A DNA stretch of 64,000 nt from the human T2T-CHM13v2.0 reference genome, Homo sapiens. The stretch's first letter is position 1; every line of letters starts with the position of its first letter. Both the position numbers and the translations under genes were made by a program. The stretch lies in NCBI RefSeq assembly GCF_009914755.1, contig NC_060945.1, one strand, 5' to 3'. Of this stretch, positions 1 through 12,352 are shown one piece after another. A model generated the notes under the pieces. It was not told where the DNA came from. It was given only the letters and a program-made list of their open reading frames with translations, and did no database searches.

Positions 1-510
1 CCTGCGAATATGCACAGATCAAGGGGACAGGGCCCCGCTGGGCCACAGGCTCAGGACAGGTGACCATCCAAGAGGGCCGGGAAGTGGCGGGTGCTGCACA
101 CTGGCCTGCTGGCCCAGTATCACCCGATCTCGTGTCTGCCTCTTGAGCGCTGATGGTGTGCGTCTGTGCCCCTCACAAAACAGCACTGCGGTAAGTCCAA
201 GACACAAGCGGGCCAAAGACTCAAGGCAGTGCAGAAGGCGGCACGTGTTCCAGGGGAACACGGCACCCCTGACCATAGCAAGAGGCACAGGAAAGCGGCC
301 TGCAGCAGGGAGGGGGCGGAGAGCCTGGTGTCTTCTGCATCCTAGGGAGCCAGGCTGTCTGTGCCCCAGTGGCTTCTCCATAACTTCTGGGTTCTGTGGA
401 TGTCCCCTGCAGCCGGGACTCCTGACCGAGGCAGCTCCGTCAGGGTCCAACTGATTCCCCGCACATTGGGCAAGAGGTGGTTCCTAATCACACATCAGCT
501 TCTTGATGAC

Positions 511-2582
511 CGTTAGTGGATTTTGGCTGCTGTAAGAAAATACCACTGACTGGGTGTTTCAACAACAAGCTGTGTTCCTCACAGTCTAGGGGCTGGAAGT
601 TGGAGGCCAAGGTGGCAGCAGGGTCGGGTTCTGGCAAGGACACTCTTCCTGGTTTGCTCGCGGCTGTCTTCTTCTTGCACCCTCATGTGGCAGACAGAGC
701 AAAAGTGACAGCATGCTCTCTGGGGTCTCCTTCATAAGAGGACCCCATCATGAGGGCCACAACCTAATCACCTCCCAAACGCCCTGCCTCCTAGCGCCAC
801 CACACCAGGGTTAGAATTTCTATATAGGAACTCTGGGGAGATGCAATCGGCCCATAACATTCTGTTCCTGACTCCGAAATTGTACGTCCTTCTCATGTGC
901 AAAACACATTCATTTCACCCCTCCAACCCCAAAGTGGTGGCTCGTTCTGCCATCAGCTCTAAAGTCTAAAGTCCAAAGTCTCATCTAAACATCATCTAAA
1001 TCAGATACGGGTGACACTCAAAGTTTACTTCCTCCCTAGCTGTGAACCTGTAAAATGGAACAAGTTACATGCGTTTAAAATACAATGGTGGGAGAGCCAT
1101 ATGACAGACTTTCCCATTCCGAAGGGGGAAATGGGAAGGAAGAAAAGGGTAACAGGTCCCATGGAGCCTGGACCCCAATAGGGCAAACAATGTTAAATCT
1201 TCAGGCTCAAGAATCATCTTCTTTGGCTTGAGCCCCTGCCCTCCAGACCCACTACGGCCATGGTCCTGCCCCTGCAGCTCTGGGGGGCAGGGGTCATGCC
1301 TGCAAGGCTCTGGGCAGCCCTGCCCCCAAGGCTTTGGGCAGGGAGCATCTGGCCTGTTGCTCCCAGGGAGCAGCTGCCCATGTGGCAGCCCTGATGGACT
1401 CTAAATCACCTTCTGGGTCCTTCTTCCCTTGTCTTGAAGAATAGTGCATGTTCACAGCCAAATAGCTCCCTGGTCCTGCTCGGTACAACCCAAGAGGTCA
1501 GACGGCCAAACTCACTTCCTTCCCCTCTCTCCCACCTTTGGTTCAAGCTGAGTGTTCCTGCCGGGACAGCTGGTTGTGACTGTGGTTCACACCCACACAA
1601 ATCCCCTTATCAGATGGTCATCTGGCTATGCCCTTAATGTTCTCTTCCAAACACACATTCTCATTTTTTTACATTATGCATAGGCTGAGGATTTTCCAAA
1701 TCTTTAAGTTCTGGTTTCTTTTTGTTTAACAGCTTGGTCTTGAAATCATTTCTAGCTTCTCACATTTTACCATAAGCAGCCAGGAGGAACTAAGCCGTCC
1801 CTTCAACACTTTGCTTATAAACCCCCTCAGCCAAGTATCGTGTTTCATCACTCACAAGTTCTGCTTTCCACACAACACCAGGACACAAACATAGTTCGGC
1901 CGAGTTCTTTGCTGCTTTTTAACAAGGTGGCCTTTCCTCCAGTTGACACTAGCATGTTCCTGGTTTCCATCTGAGCCTTCCCATCCAGGGTTCTGCTCAC
2001 GATCCCCTAGGCGTCCTCTGAGAAGACAGAGGCTCTCTCTGCAGTGCTTCTCTTCTTGCTGAGCCCGCACCAGAATCACCTTTAAAAAGCTGTTCGTAGC
2101 CATCTAGGCTTTTTCTAGCATGTGGCTCCGAATGATTCCAGCTGCCCCCATTCATCAGTTCCAAGGCCACATCCACATTCACAGGCGTTGGTTGCAGCAG
2201 CTCTCACTCCTCGCACTGATCTTCTGTCCTGGCTTGGGTGCCGCAACGGTGCCTGTAGACTGGATGGTGTTCAGAAAACAGGCATTTATTTCCTCACAGT
2301 GCTGGGGGCTGGGAATTGGAGACCAGGGTGCCAGCACAGTTGGAGTCTGTTAAAAGCTCTCCCAGGTTGCAGACAGCTGTCTTTTCACTGTGTCCTCACA
2401 CAGTGGAAGGGGCAAGGCAGCTCTCTGGGGCCTCTTTTATATGGACACGAATCCCATTCACAAGGGCTCCACTCTTATGACCTCATCAGCCCCCAAAGGA
2501 CCCATCTCCTAATACCCTCACCTTGGGGGTTATGGTTTCAACAGATATATTTAGGGGAGACACAAACATTCAGTCCACGACA
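511..2582 (-). mobile_element. Full-length MaLR element, MLT1A-type (LTR 511-859, internal 860-2224, LTR 2225-2582)
   Basis: Two similar LTRs resembling the reverse complement of MLT1A0 flank a MaLR-type internal region; 5-bp TSD ATGAC at 506-510 and 2583-2587. Confidence 0.85.
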
Positions 2583-3089
2583 ATGACCACAAAACCCAGA
2601 TTTTAATTCAGTGAAATCCAAACAACATGGCAAGACTCCTCACATCAAGATGCTCAGGTTTTATGTCACATGGAAAGCTAGTCACAGCCCCATCCAACAC
2701 AAGTCCTATCTGCAAAATGCTGACAACCTGGTGGCAAGAGGACGGTGAGGGAAGGAGAGGGACAGGCAGGGAGGAAAGGCAGGCTCCACAGAGGAGATGC
2801 AGGTGAGGGGAAATGGAGCACTGGGAATGGCTGGGCGTGAGACTCGGAGCCAAATACACAGCAGTAGAGGGACTTCTGCCCCTGCAACAGTGAGGAGGCA
2901 CCTGCGGCCTGGCACCTGCGGCCTGGGCATGGGAGCTCAGGAAGCAGCAGCAGGCTTGGGAGATGCCTGGAGCTGAAGGAGCACAGCCGCGGCCGGGGCC
3001 CAGACCGGGCACGTCCTGCAGGGCTCAGCTTCCCCCAGCACAGCTCAGTTTTAGGAATAGGATAAAGTGGCATTAAAAGACAGAAGCAA

Positions 3090-4142
3090 GATGGGGGTAA
3101 ATGAAAACAAACTGTGTTTACCACACTTCTGACACCAAATGTGTGGGTTTCCATACCAATTCTCCAATTCTGCGTCAGTGCCAATGGGGTATCCCGCAAT
3201 CTAATTCAGTTCTGACACCAACTGACCAGGGTCAGCACAGACCCCTCAGGCTGAGGGATGGGCCCAGGAAACTGTCCCCACTCCAAGTGCCAATCACAGG
3301 TCCCGGGGTGTCATCTGTCCCCAGTACCTCGGCTATAAATTGGGAGTTCCCATGACCCCCTCCTTAGGTTCAATAATTTGCTATAATAATTCACAAAACT
3401 CAGGGAAACGTCACTTCCGTTTGCTGGGTTACTCTCCTAATAAAGGGTGTGCTGAAGGACACAGATGAGCAGCAGGTGAGGGGTGCACAGGGCAAGGCCC
3501 AGAGGGACCCTGAGTGCAGGAGCTGGCATCCGTGGAGCCCCGGCTGCCCCGCCCTCCCAGCTCAGGATGTGTTCCCAGCCCGGTAGCTCTCTGCATCCTC
3601 TGTGTGGGGGTTTGAAGGAGCCTCCGTGACGCATGACTGGTGAAGTTAGTGACTCCTGGTGACTGACTCAGTCCCCAACCTCTGCACGGAGGTCACAGGT
3701 TCCAGCAAGTCCCAGCCTCGAATCCTGCCTTGGTCTTTCTGCCACCAGCACCCCATTCTGATGCTGCCTAGGTCCCCGCCTCCAGTCATCTGCCTTAATC
3801 TTTCTGCCACCAGCGCCCCATTCTGAAGCTGCCTAGGGCCCCGCCTCCTGCCTTGGTCTTTCTAGCCACCAGCACCCCATCCTGAAGCTGGCTAGGGCCC
3901 CACCTCCAGTCATCTGCCTTGGTCTTTCTAGCCACCAGCACCCCATCCTGAAGCTGGTTAGGGCCTCACCTCCAGGCATCTCATCAACAAACAGAAAACA
4001 TTCATGTCTCCCAAGAGTCCAGGGGTCTTAGGAGCTAGGACAAAATATTGTAACACGTGATGTTTCTCTCACCCCATCGCTCAGGAAGTTACAAGGGCTT
4101 TAAAAGCTCCATGCCAGGAATCTGTATTTCTGATTATGCCAC
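3090..4142. mobile_element. MER21-type LTR with internal tandem expansion
   Basis: MER21-like motifs (ctgacaccaaatgtgtgggt, ggctataaattgggagttcccatgacccc, catcctgaagct); boundaries approximate. Confidence 0.75.
3725..3980. repeat. About 4 copies of a 58-66 bp unit inside MER21
   Basis: ctgccttggtctttct(a)gccaccagcaccccat(t/c)ctgaagctg(c/g)ctagggcccc(g/a)cctcc(agtcat) starting near 3725, 3790, 3848, 3914. Confidence 0.9.
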
Positions 4143-6299
4143 GGGGCCTTCTAGTACCGGGGCAGAGGCTACATCCAGGCTACTGCACGGCTGTGTTTCT
4201 GGAAGAGCAGATCCATACGGAGTGTGACCTGACTCTTGGGCAGGTTTTCGGCTGTCTCTGATGGCTGTGCCTGCCCTCCCTGCCCCTGGAGCTGGGCCTG
4301 GCAGTGGGTCTTCTGGGTGGGGGCGATTGCTGGCTCTTGGCTCTGACTGCTTGCTTCCTGGGCCTTGGGCCGTGGGCAGCAGAGACGCAGGGCATGGGGT
4401 ACTCCCTCCCCTTGAGCCTTGAGTAACTTCAACCCTCCTTGGACTTGCAACATGCAAAAATAGATCTTGGCTGTTTTGACCCACGGTGATGTGGGCTGCA
4501 CGTTATGTGAGCTGAATGGTGCATCTGGGCCTGTGTCTCGTGACTGACTCAGCTGCTTTGGCTCTTGGCCTCGGAGTGTAGGGTGCCCGGCCTCGGAGCA
4601 TTATCCCCGGGAGGTAAAACCCTTGTGGGGTCAGGACATGTCATCCATGAGAAAGTGCCACGTGGCCTGAAGTCAGCATCCCCACACATGCTGTGGCTCT
4701 CTGTCCTCTCTGAATGTCACTGCTCGAGATAGGGCCCGGCTTGGGTGGGGCTGCAGGCGGGGTTAAACTGCCCCTGGGTGAGAGGGAAGAGCAAATCCCT
4801 TCACTTCGCTGGGCTTCCATTTCCTGACCCATAAAATGGGAACCCTGCTGGTGGCCATTGCCCTGCCTCCCCGAGTTCCTACAAAGCAGGTGGCCTGGGT
4901 CTGGGCTCAGCCCCCTCCACTGGGCCAGGAGATAATGCCATTAGTGTAACCACAGCAGTGGCCACTCCCAAATGCCACTCGGCCCCTGGAAACTCAGCCT
5001 TCCATCCAAAAGGTCCCCGAAGTGGGGAGCGGCCCCTCAGTCATTCCACACAGCAGGCCCCACCCACCCCCCCGTGCCGGGGATACACGTGCTCAGGGCA
5101 CACTCCATATGGATCTGTCGTCTGCCTCGATGACTTTTCACCCACACATGGGATTCAGGGCATGATACGGGTCTTTAGGACATAACTGTTTAATTCCTGA
5201 GCTTCCCAAAACTCGGAGGTTTGGGAGAAATGGGGCTGGAGCTAGAGCAATAGCCATGTGCCCTGTGGACTCTGGCCAGCTCTTGCTGCCATCCCGCCTG
5301 CCCCGGCCCCGTCCTCTTCCAATTCCCGTTTACAGCCCTGCCCTCCGTGCCTGTCCCAGGCACCTCTGGCCTCCTCGCTGTGGCCCATGCCAGGTCATTC
5401 CCTACTGTCAGAGCCTCCCTCTCCCAACCCCAGGCCCCGGCTGCAGGGAGGGTGCCAACAGGAGGGGGCAGGACAGGAGAGGCCCCATCCCCGGAAATGA
5501 GACCAGAGCCGCTCTGGGAATGGCCAGGGCTGCCCGGCGGCAAGTCACGAGCAGGGCGTCACTGTCCCAGCGCGGCTTCCCAGCCTCCTGCAGGGGCCAG
5601 GGTTGGGGTGCATTCTCTGTCTTCTCAGTGAGGACGCGCAAATGTTCCAGGATGGAAGATAAATGTTCAGGAAAACGAGGACCCAGAAATTCTTCATGGG
5701 CTGCATGAGCCCTGAGGCCCGACTGGCAGGCCACTGAGGTCACCTGAAAAACTGGTGACAACGGGCGGGCTCAGCGGCTACCCGGGGACAATCACGGCAG
5801 GCGGAAGAGCGGCACTGGCGTGGAGCTCCCAGGCTCTGTGAGGCTCCAGGCAGCGCCCTCTCCAGCCCTGGCAGCCAGGCTGGGGTCCCCAGCTCCCAGT
5901 GTTTACCCAGCAGGCCCTGCCTTCTGACAAATTAACTCTGAAAGGCTTAAAAAGTGTGCCGTGTGCTTTGGCTCTGACCTAAGATAGACGACACAGCAGA
6001 ACACACAGAGGGTGTCCCACTTGAGGAGCCTCCACACAGGCAGCGAGGTAATCCAAAGCTCTGAATTCCAGGTCAGGCCCACGCACCACGAGGAGAGAGG
6101 AAGCAGATGGTCCTCCTTGCAGGGATGTGTCACGTCCTCCCACAATACACAGGGTCTCCATCCCCCAACGGGGTCACGGGTGCTCCCTGCAGGGTGCAAG
6201 ACAGTGTCCTTCCTTGTGGTCTAGGCTGGAGAAAGGTAGACTTCAGGGGAGAAGAGCTGGTTCCTCTCAAGGTGGCGGCCAGCTGAGATGTCAGGAGTG

Positions 6300-6710
6300 C
6301 CAGTGTCCTGGGGCTGCTGTGACAACAGCCACAAACCAGGCAGCTTAAAGCAACAGAAAAGTCTTGTCTCAGGCCTGGAGCCAGAGGTCTCAGATCAAAG
6401 TGTCACTGGGCCGCACTGTCTCTGGAGGCTCCAGGGGAGGATCCTTCCTGCCTCCTCCAGCTCCTGGCAGCTGTGGTGTTTCCCGGCCTGTGGCCGCATC
6501 ACTGCAACCTCTGTCTCCCTTGTCATGCGGCCACCTGCTGAGTCTCTGTCTCCACACGACCTTCACATAAGGACATATGCCTCTTGGGTTAGGGCCACCC
6601 CAATGACCTCACCTGCACTTGATTATACCTGCAAAGACCCTTTTTCCAAATAAGGGCATATTCACAGGAAAAAGACTTCAGCATCTTTTTTGGGGTGGCC
6701 ATGCAGAATC
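6300..6710 (-). mobile_element. MLT1B/C-type solo LTR
   Basis: ggctgctgtgacaa...ctccaggggaggatccttcctgcctc...ctgcaaagaccctttttccaaataagg. Confidence 0.75.
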
Positions 6711-8559
6711 ATGGGTGTTTCTGTGGGCCACTGCAGAGGGCCTGAAGTCCAGCCTGTCAGTGGTGAGCTAGGGAAACTGAGGCAGAGAGATCCAGAGGAT
6801 TCTTTGAGGCACAGCAAGCTGGAGAGGAGCTGGGCCTGCTCCTGGCCGGATCCTCTGGGGCTCTCCAGAAGCCTCGCCTTGAGGCCGTCACAAAATCCCT
6901 GTCCTGTTGCCACATCCCTGGGTACCCCAGGCCCACCTGACTTCCCACTCTGTCCTAGCCAGCAGCAGCAGGGCCGTTGCAGGCTCCACATGCTTCCAGG
7001 GCACCAGCCCTCCCCGAGTGACACCCCCTTCTCATCATCTGCCAGTTCACCCACACAAGAGTACACAGGAGGAGTGGGCATCTTTTTCAGGGTCCCTCTG
7101 GCAAAGCTGCACAAGGTTCACTGAGATGATCATTTACAGTAGGCTGCATGTCCAGAGGCCAAGGAAATAGCCTGGTGGGAACAAGTTAGCAAACACGGTG
7201 AGGACACCACAGTCCAGCTGAACTCACAGAGCACGGGCACCAGGCCAACATAGTGAGTGACGCAGCTGCCCTGACTGGGCTGGGCATCCATGGGAGGGGC
7301 AGACACTGGTGCTTAGCAAGGACCTGCAGGGCCCTGTACCCTGAGATAAATCACAGCTCCCTCCTGAGAGCCCTTCTGGGTGTCCCCCATCTGCTGTGGG
7401 GCCACAGAGGCCATGTCATGGTGGATCATGGAAACAAACGTCCCACAGAGGGGAAAGCAGAGAGAGATGGGGCAGCTGGGATGCAGCAAGCAACAGGCCA
7501 AGCCTCTCTGAGAAGGGACTTGATGCAGAGGCCCTCTGCAGGGGACAAAGTTGAAGTTTCCAGAGAACAGCCAGGGGAGGGGTGGGGTGGAGGGCAGGGG
7601 GAGGGGGAAGGACAGGTGGGGGCTGGGCAGGTGAGCAGGGGAGGGACAGGCGAGTGGGGGCAGGCTTCATGTGTTTTGTGGGCAGGGAAGGGTGTCTGTG
7701 TCTTACTCTGGTGTAACAAGGAGCCAGGGAGGGTTTGAACAGGGTGGGGTGCATGATCTGAGCACCAGGGAGAGGAGACTTGGGGGCAAAGGTGGGAGCA
7801 AGAGACTGTTGGGAGGATCTAGGATATCCTGGAGAAATGATGCTTGGATAAAAATAACACATTTTAAAGGCTGGACAGACAGAGCTGAAGGAGGATGAGA
7901 TGTGGATGTGAGGGAGGAGAGCAGGCATGGGGAGCCCTCTTCCCTTACACACCACTGCTTGGCCAAACAGCAGGCAGAACAAAGGATAGGGATAGCCTGC
8001 CACTGCGTGGACTCTGGTTTTTCTCCCACTGGTCAAAAATGCAGCGTGAAGAGTGATTTGGGGGAAAATGAATTTAAAAGGTGTCATATTCCAAAGCATT
8101 TTGAGTAATAGAGGAAGTTTCTTCCAAATGGATGAGGGAAATAAATGATTTCCCCCAAATTGTCTCCCCTCTCAGCCCAGCCCTCATCCATTAAACAGGC
8201 AGCCTGCTTCTTCTAACAGCCCACTTGAACAGTGGAGTTTGAATCCAAAGATGGAGGAAGAACCTCAGAGCATGGAAGACAAGAGACTCAGCCTGGGCGT
8301 GGCAGGGAGGGCTTCCTGAAAGACAGGGTGCATAAGACAGGTTTTGAAGAAGGGGTTTTGGGGTGGAAAAACAAGGGGGACAGGAGTTTCAGGCAGAGAA
8401 CATGCTGGTGGATGCCAGAGCATCCAAAAAGGAGAGTGCAGGAGATTCTCAATCAAGATATGCTCGCAAAGGAGCCGACATTCACCAGAAAGCTCATTAG
8501 AGGCCTTAAGAGCTCACCACAAACTGTCATGAAGGCAGAACCAGAACCAAATGTTTTCT

Positions 8560-8930
8560 TTGTTTATGAAAGGCAACATGGCTCTTATGCACCTGGTGGA
8601 ATGTACAAGTCATGTTTATTTGGGGGCAATCTCTCAGTATTTAAAATGGCAATACCTCTGACCCAGTGATTCCTGTTTGGGACTTTTTTTTATATATACA
8701 GATTTACCTCCACATACATATAACAACATGAGAACCAAAATATTATGGCAGTGCTGTTTAAGAACAGAAGATGGAAACAAATTGGCTGTCAATACAGAGG
8801 GGACTGAGTAAAGGTTGGGATGCCAATTCAAGGGACACTATGCAGCCACTCAAATGAAGACGATACATCTGGACATTTTCCATGACACAAGATCCCAGAT
8901 AGATCATTAAGAGAAGCAAAGATGGCAAAC
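8560..8930 (+). mobile_element. Old L1M 3' fragment
   Basis: atacctctgacccagtgattcctgtttggg...ggcagtgctgttt...gacactatgcagccact resembles the degenerate L1 ORF2 end/3' UTR. Confidence 0.5.
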
Positions 8931-10109
8931 AACCATCTTTCGAAGGATGTATGAATCCAGCAGCTGGCAGAAATGGATTGGAGGAAGTCATCATCACTCT
9001 ATGCAACTCTAAATCATGTTCCCGCATCGCTACTCAAAATACTCAATCTGAGTCAAGGCCTTGGTCTGGCAAGCACCAGCTAATTGGGCTCTCTGTCCTT
9101 CCTGCAGAGACCTCTGAGCAGCAGCTGCCTGGTGTCCTCCACAGGGGTCAGCCTCTGACCTGGGAAACCCTGACGAGCCTTACCTTTCCACTCAGCACAC
9201 ATGAAATCAAGAGGAATACACCATGTTTCCAAGCTTTCTCCTGTCCTGGAGCCAGGAGCCCCAAGTCCCCTGAATGGCATAGGCCCCAAGGCCAGCCAGG
9301 CAGCTGTTAGCAGGGGAAAGATGAGTGGGTGCTGGACAGGCCAAAACCATATACATCCCCACAGAGGCAGTGGCAATAATCCCAGTGAGAGAGGAGCAAG
9401 AAAGGAGGGACAACTATACCAGACTTAAGAGATGCAAGGGGAGTGAATCGATAGCAACCTTAGAAAAAAGGTCTTCAACCAGGGGCTAGCCCCACTCTCT
9501 CAAGGGCATGCAGTCCTCAGAGGATCCAGGCCCAAGAGCTTTAAGAGACATATTATTTTCTTGAAATGTAAAGTGAAAAGTTGGCATTAAAAAAGGGATG
9601 TTGAGGCCGCAATAGGGTGCTCTGAAGGTAGAGTGGGTACAGTGGCTGTTATCCTTAACTGCTCCTTTTCTAGCCCCTGCACTTGCCAAAAAACACATTT
9701 CTCCTGGGGCAGTCCTGTTCAAGCAATGACAATGTAGGAAGAAAGCAAAGATGGCAGTGTAGATCCCAAGTCCATGTAGGAGACACCTGGGACAAGCTTC
9801 AGTGTCCCTCCCTCTGTCCATCCACCTGCCCAGCCATCCATTTATGCATCTATTGCTCCTAGACCTAGGGTATCATGTTACCCAAACAGCATGCTGTGAA
9901 ATGCCGCTCTGCATCCTCTCTGTTCTGGGCCATGAGAGCTCCACTTCTGCCCCTGCACCTCAGCCCCAAGGTCAGTTGTATATTTGTAGCATCTCAAGGA
10001 GGAGGAAGTGGGAAGTTTCACATTTCCTTCTGATGGACCAGTAATAAATCTTTAAGGAAAAGGACACACATCAGAACTCCCTCTCCCTCTCTTTCTTCCT
10101 CTCCCCCAT

Positions 10110-10420
10110 CTCTCAGAGCCCAGCTGCCATGTAAAAAAGTCCAGGCTATCCTGCTGGACAGGCCATGTGGTACAGAACTAAAGCACAAACTGACTGCCAG
10201 CCCTGAGGAAGCTTTCTTAAAAGTGACACTCCTTTTAAACACTGCAGATGATGCATCCCCAGCCAACATCTAACTGCAACCTCATAAGATGTTCTGAACA
10301 AGAACCACCAACTAAGCTTCTAGTCCCTGACTCCTAGAAACTGTGTGGCATAATACATTTGGCTGTTTTAAGCTACTGTTTGGGGACAGTTTGTTACACA
10401 TCAGTAGACTGTAGTGCATA
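10110..10420 (+). mobile_element. Old MLT1 (G/H/J-like) LTR fragment
   Basis: cccagccaacatctaactgcaacctcat...tgttttaagctactgtttggggacagtttgttacaca. Confidence 0.55.
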
Positions 10421-11103
10421 CTATAAATCCAGAGTCACTTTGCATTTGGACACAAGTCTTTCTTCTTGCTGCCCAGCTGCTATGTTTCCACTTGTCCATT
10501 CGGTCCTATCAGTCCTGACTTGACTTAGATCACATGAACAACAACACAATGCCAATTCTAGCTTAAATAAGACATTTAGCACAGTTTTCAAAATACTCAT
10601 CCTAAGCTCCAGACTTATTAATGGCCAAGACATTATTATCTCTTTGCTTTTTAATTTCTGCAGGGCTCAGTTTCATTCTATCACAAAATGATGACAGATG
10701 CAGGAGGCAGGTAAGTGAGGGTCCCCACAGAATCTCCAGCCCACCCCACAAGTGTTTATATCACATACTTTTGTGTAGATGAGGGAACCTGCCCAGAGTC
10801 TTGTCTGCACATGCTTGCAACGGACTGGGGGCCCCCCTGTGCACTGGGAGAATGGGGTGGAGGCATGGGAAGTGCATGCCTTGTGCAGCGGGGAGGAGCC
10901 TGGCCTCTTCGGCTTGTATGTGGTGGCCTGGAATTCAATCTGTGAGGTGCGACCCTGTTGGCAGGACCTCATTTTATTTTTGCCAAGAGCTTTCTTTTAA
11001 TAAATCTCACCTTTCAACATGTCCACGTGCCTAATTTTTTCCTGGTAATGGGACAAGAACCCAGGTTTTAGCTGAGCTAAGGAGTAAAAATCCTGCATCA
11101 TTT

Positions 11104-11121
11104 TGGTGGCCCATACAGGGA
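11104..11121 (+). promoter_or_regulatory. Retroviral primer-binding site, tRNA-Ile type
   Basis: TGGTGGCCCATACAGGGA versus the tRNA-Ile(AAU) 3'-end complement TGGTGGCCCGTACGGGGA; both differences are CpG-type G>A. Confidence 0.75.
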
Positions 11122-11719
11122 CACGAGCAAAGGTGAGTAAATGCGGACCAAAACATCTTTTTCCCTTTTGTTTTTGAGCCTATTTGTCCTCAGACTTCTT
11201 CTGAAGGTAAAGGAAACAGGCCCCCACCCTTGCCACTCCCAGGGGTCAAGAATGTCGGCCTCGGTCCGACCCAGACTTTCTATGGCATTTTCCTTCATTG
11301 TTTGGGACAGATGGGCAAGCGGCAACTCCCCGCCCGCCTGGCCTCCCCTCCCAGCTGGGGCTGGGGTGCATAGCTCAAAGGCTGCATGTGGCAGGCTGGC
11401 CAGCATTCCCCACCATATGTCCATGGTGTCTCCTCATTCCATGACTGAGGAGTCCAGCTCCATTCAAGCCCTAGGGAAGAAACAGCAGTAAGTTTCTCTC
11501 CCTGTTGGAGGAAACTATTTGTATAAGAATAAGAGGTTCTTTCCCAAGGCATCTTTCCAACCCTGCACTTTAAGCTTTTTTTCTTTTCTCCACCAGGTCA
11601 GGAGTTAACTTTTAAGTGAGAGGGTCTTTTTCCCCCTTTTAGAAAGCACTTTAGTAGGCCAGAACCCTAGCTATCACTGTTTTTCTCTGTAAAGTTTTAA
11701 TTATGAAAAAGGATTTGTA

Positions 11720-11997
11720 GGCCAGCTGCAGTGGCTCACATCTGTAATCCCTGCACTTTGGGAGGTCGAGGTGGGTGGATCACCTAAGGTCAGGAGTTCA
11801 AGACCAGCCTGGCCAACATGATGAAATCCTGTCTCTACTAAAAATACAAAAAATTAGCTGGGCATGGTGGTGCGCACCTGTAATCCCAGCTACTCAGGAG
11901 GCTGAGGTAGGAAAATCACTTGAACCCAGAAGGCAGAGGTTGCAGTGAGCTAAGATTGCGCCACTGCACTCCAGCCTGGGCAACAAGAGTAAAAAAC
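11720..11997 (+). mobile_element. AluS inserted in the ERV internal region
   Basis: Dimeric Alu; imperfect TSD aa(g/a)gatttgt at about 11709-11718 and 12350-12359, with the GGAA tract in place of the A-tail. Confidence 0.93.
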
Positions 11998-11999
11998 TA

Positions 12000-12352
12000 G
12001 GAAGGAAGGAAGGAAGGAAGGAAGGAAGGAGGGAAGGAAGGAAGGAAGGAAGGAAGGAAGGAAGGAAGGGGGAGGGAGGGAGGGAAGGAAAGAAGGAAGG
12101 AAAGAAAGAAGGAAAGAGAGAAGAGAGAGAAAGATGAGAGAGGAGAGACAGAAAGAAAGGAAGGAAGGAAGGAAGGAAGGAAGGAAGGAAGGAGGAGGGA
12201 GGGAGGGAAGGAAAGAAGGAAGGAAAGAAAGAAGGAAAGAGAGAAGAGAGAGAAAGATGAGAGAGAGGAGAGACAGAAAGAAAGAAAGGAAGAAAGGAAG
12301 GAAGGAAGGAAGGAAGGAAGGAAGGAAGGAAGGAAGGAAGGAAGGAAGGAAA
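12000..12352 (+). repeat. (GGAA)n / GA-rich polypurine microsatellite
   Basis: Blocks of about 7, 9 and 14 consecutive GGAA plus a duplicated GA-rich segment of about 125 bp. Confidence 0.97.
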
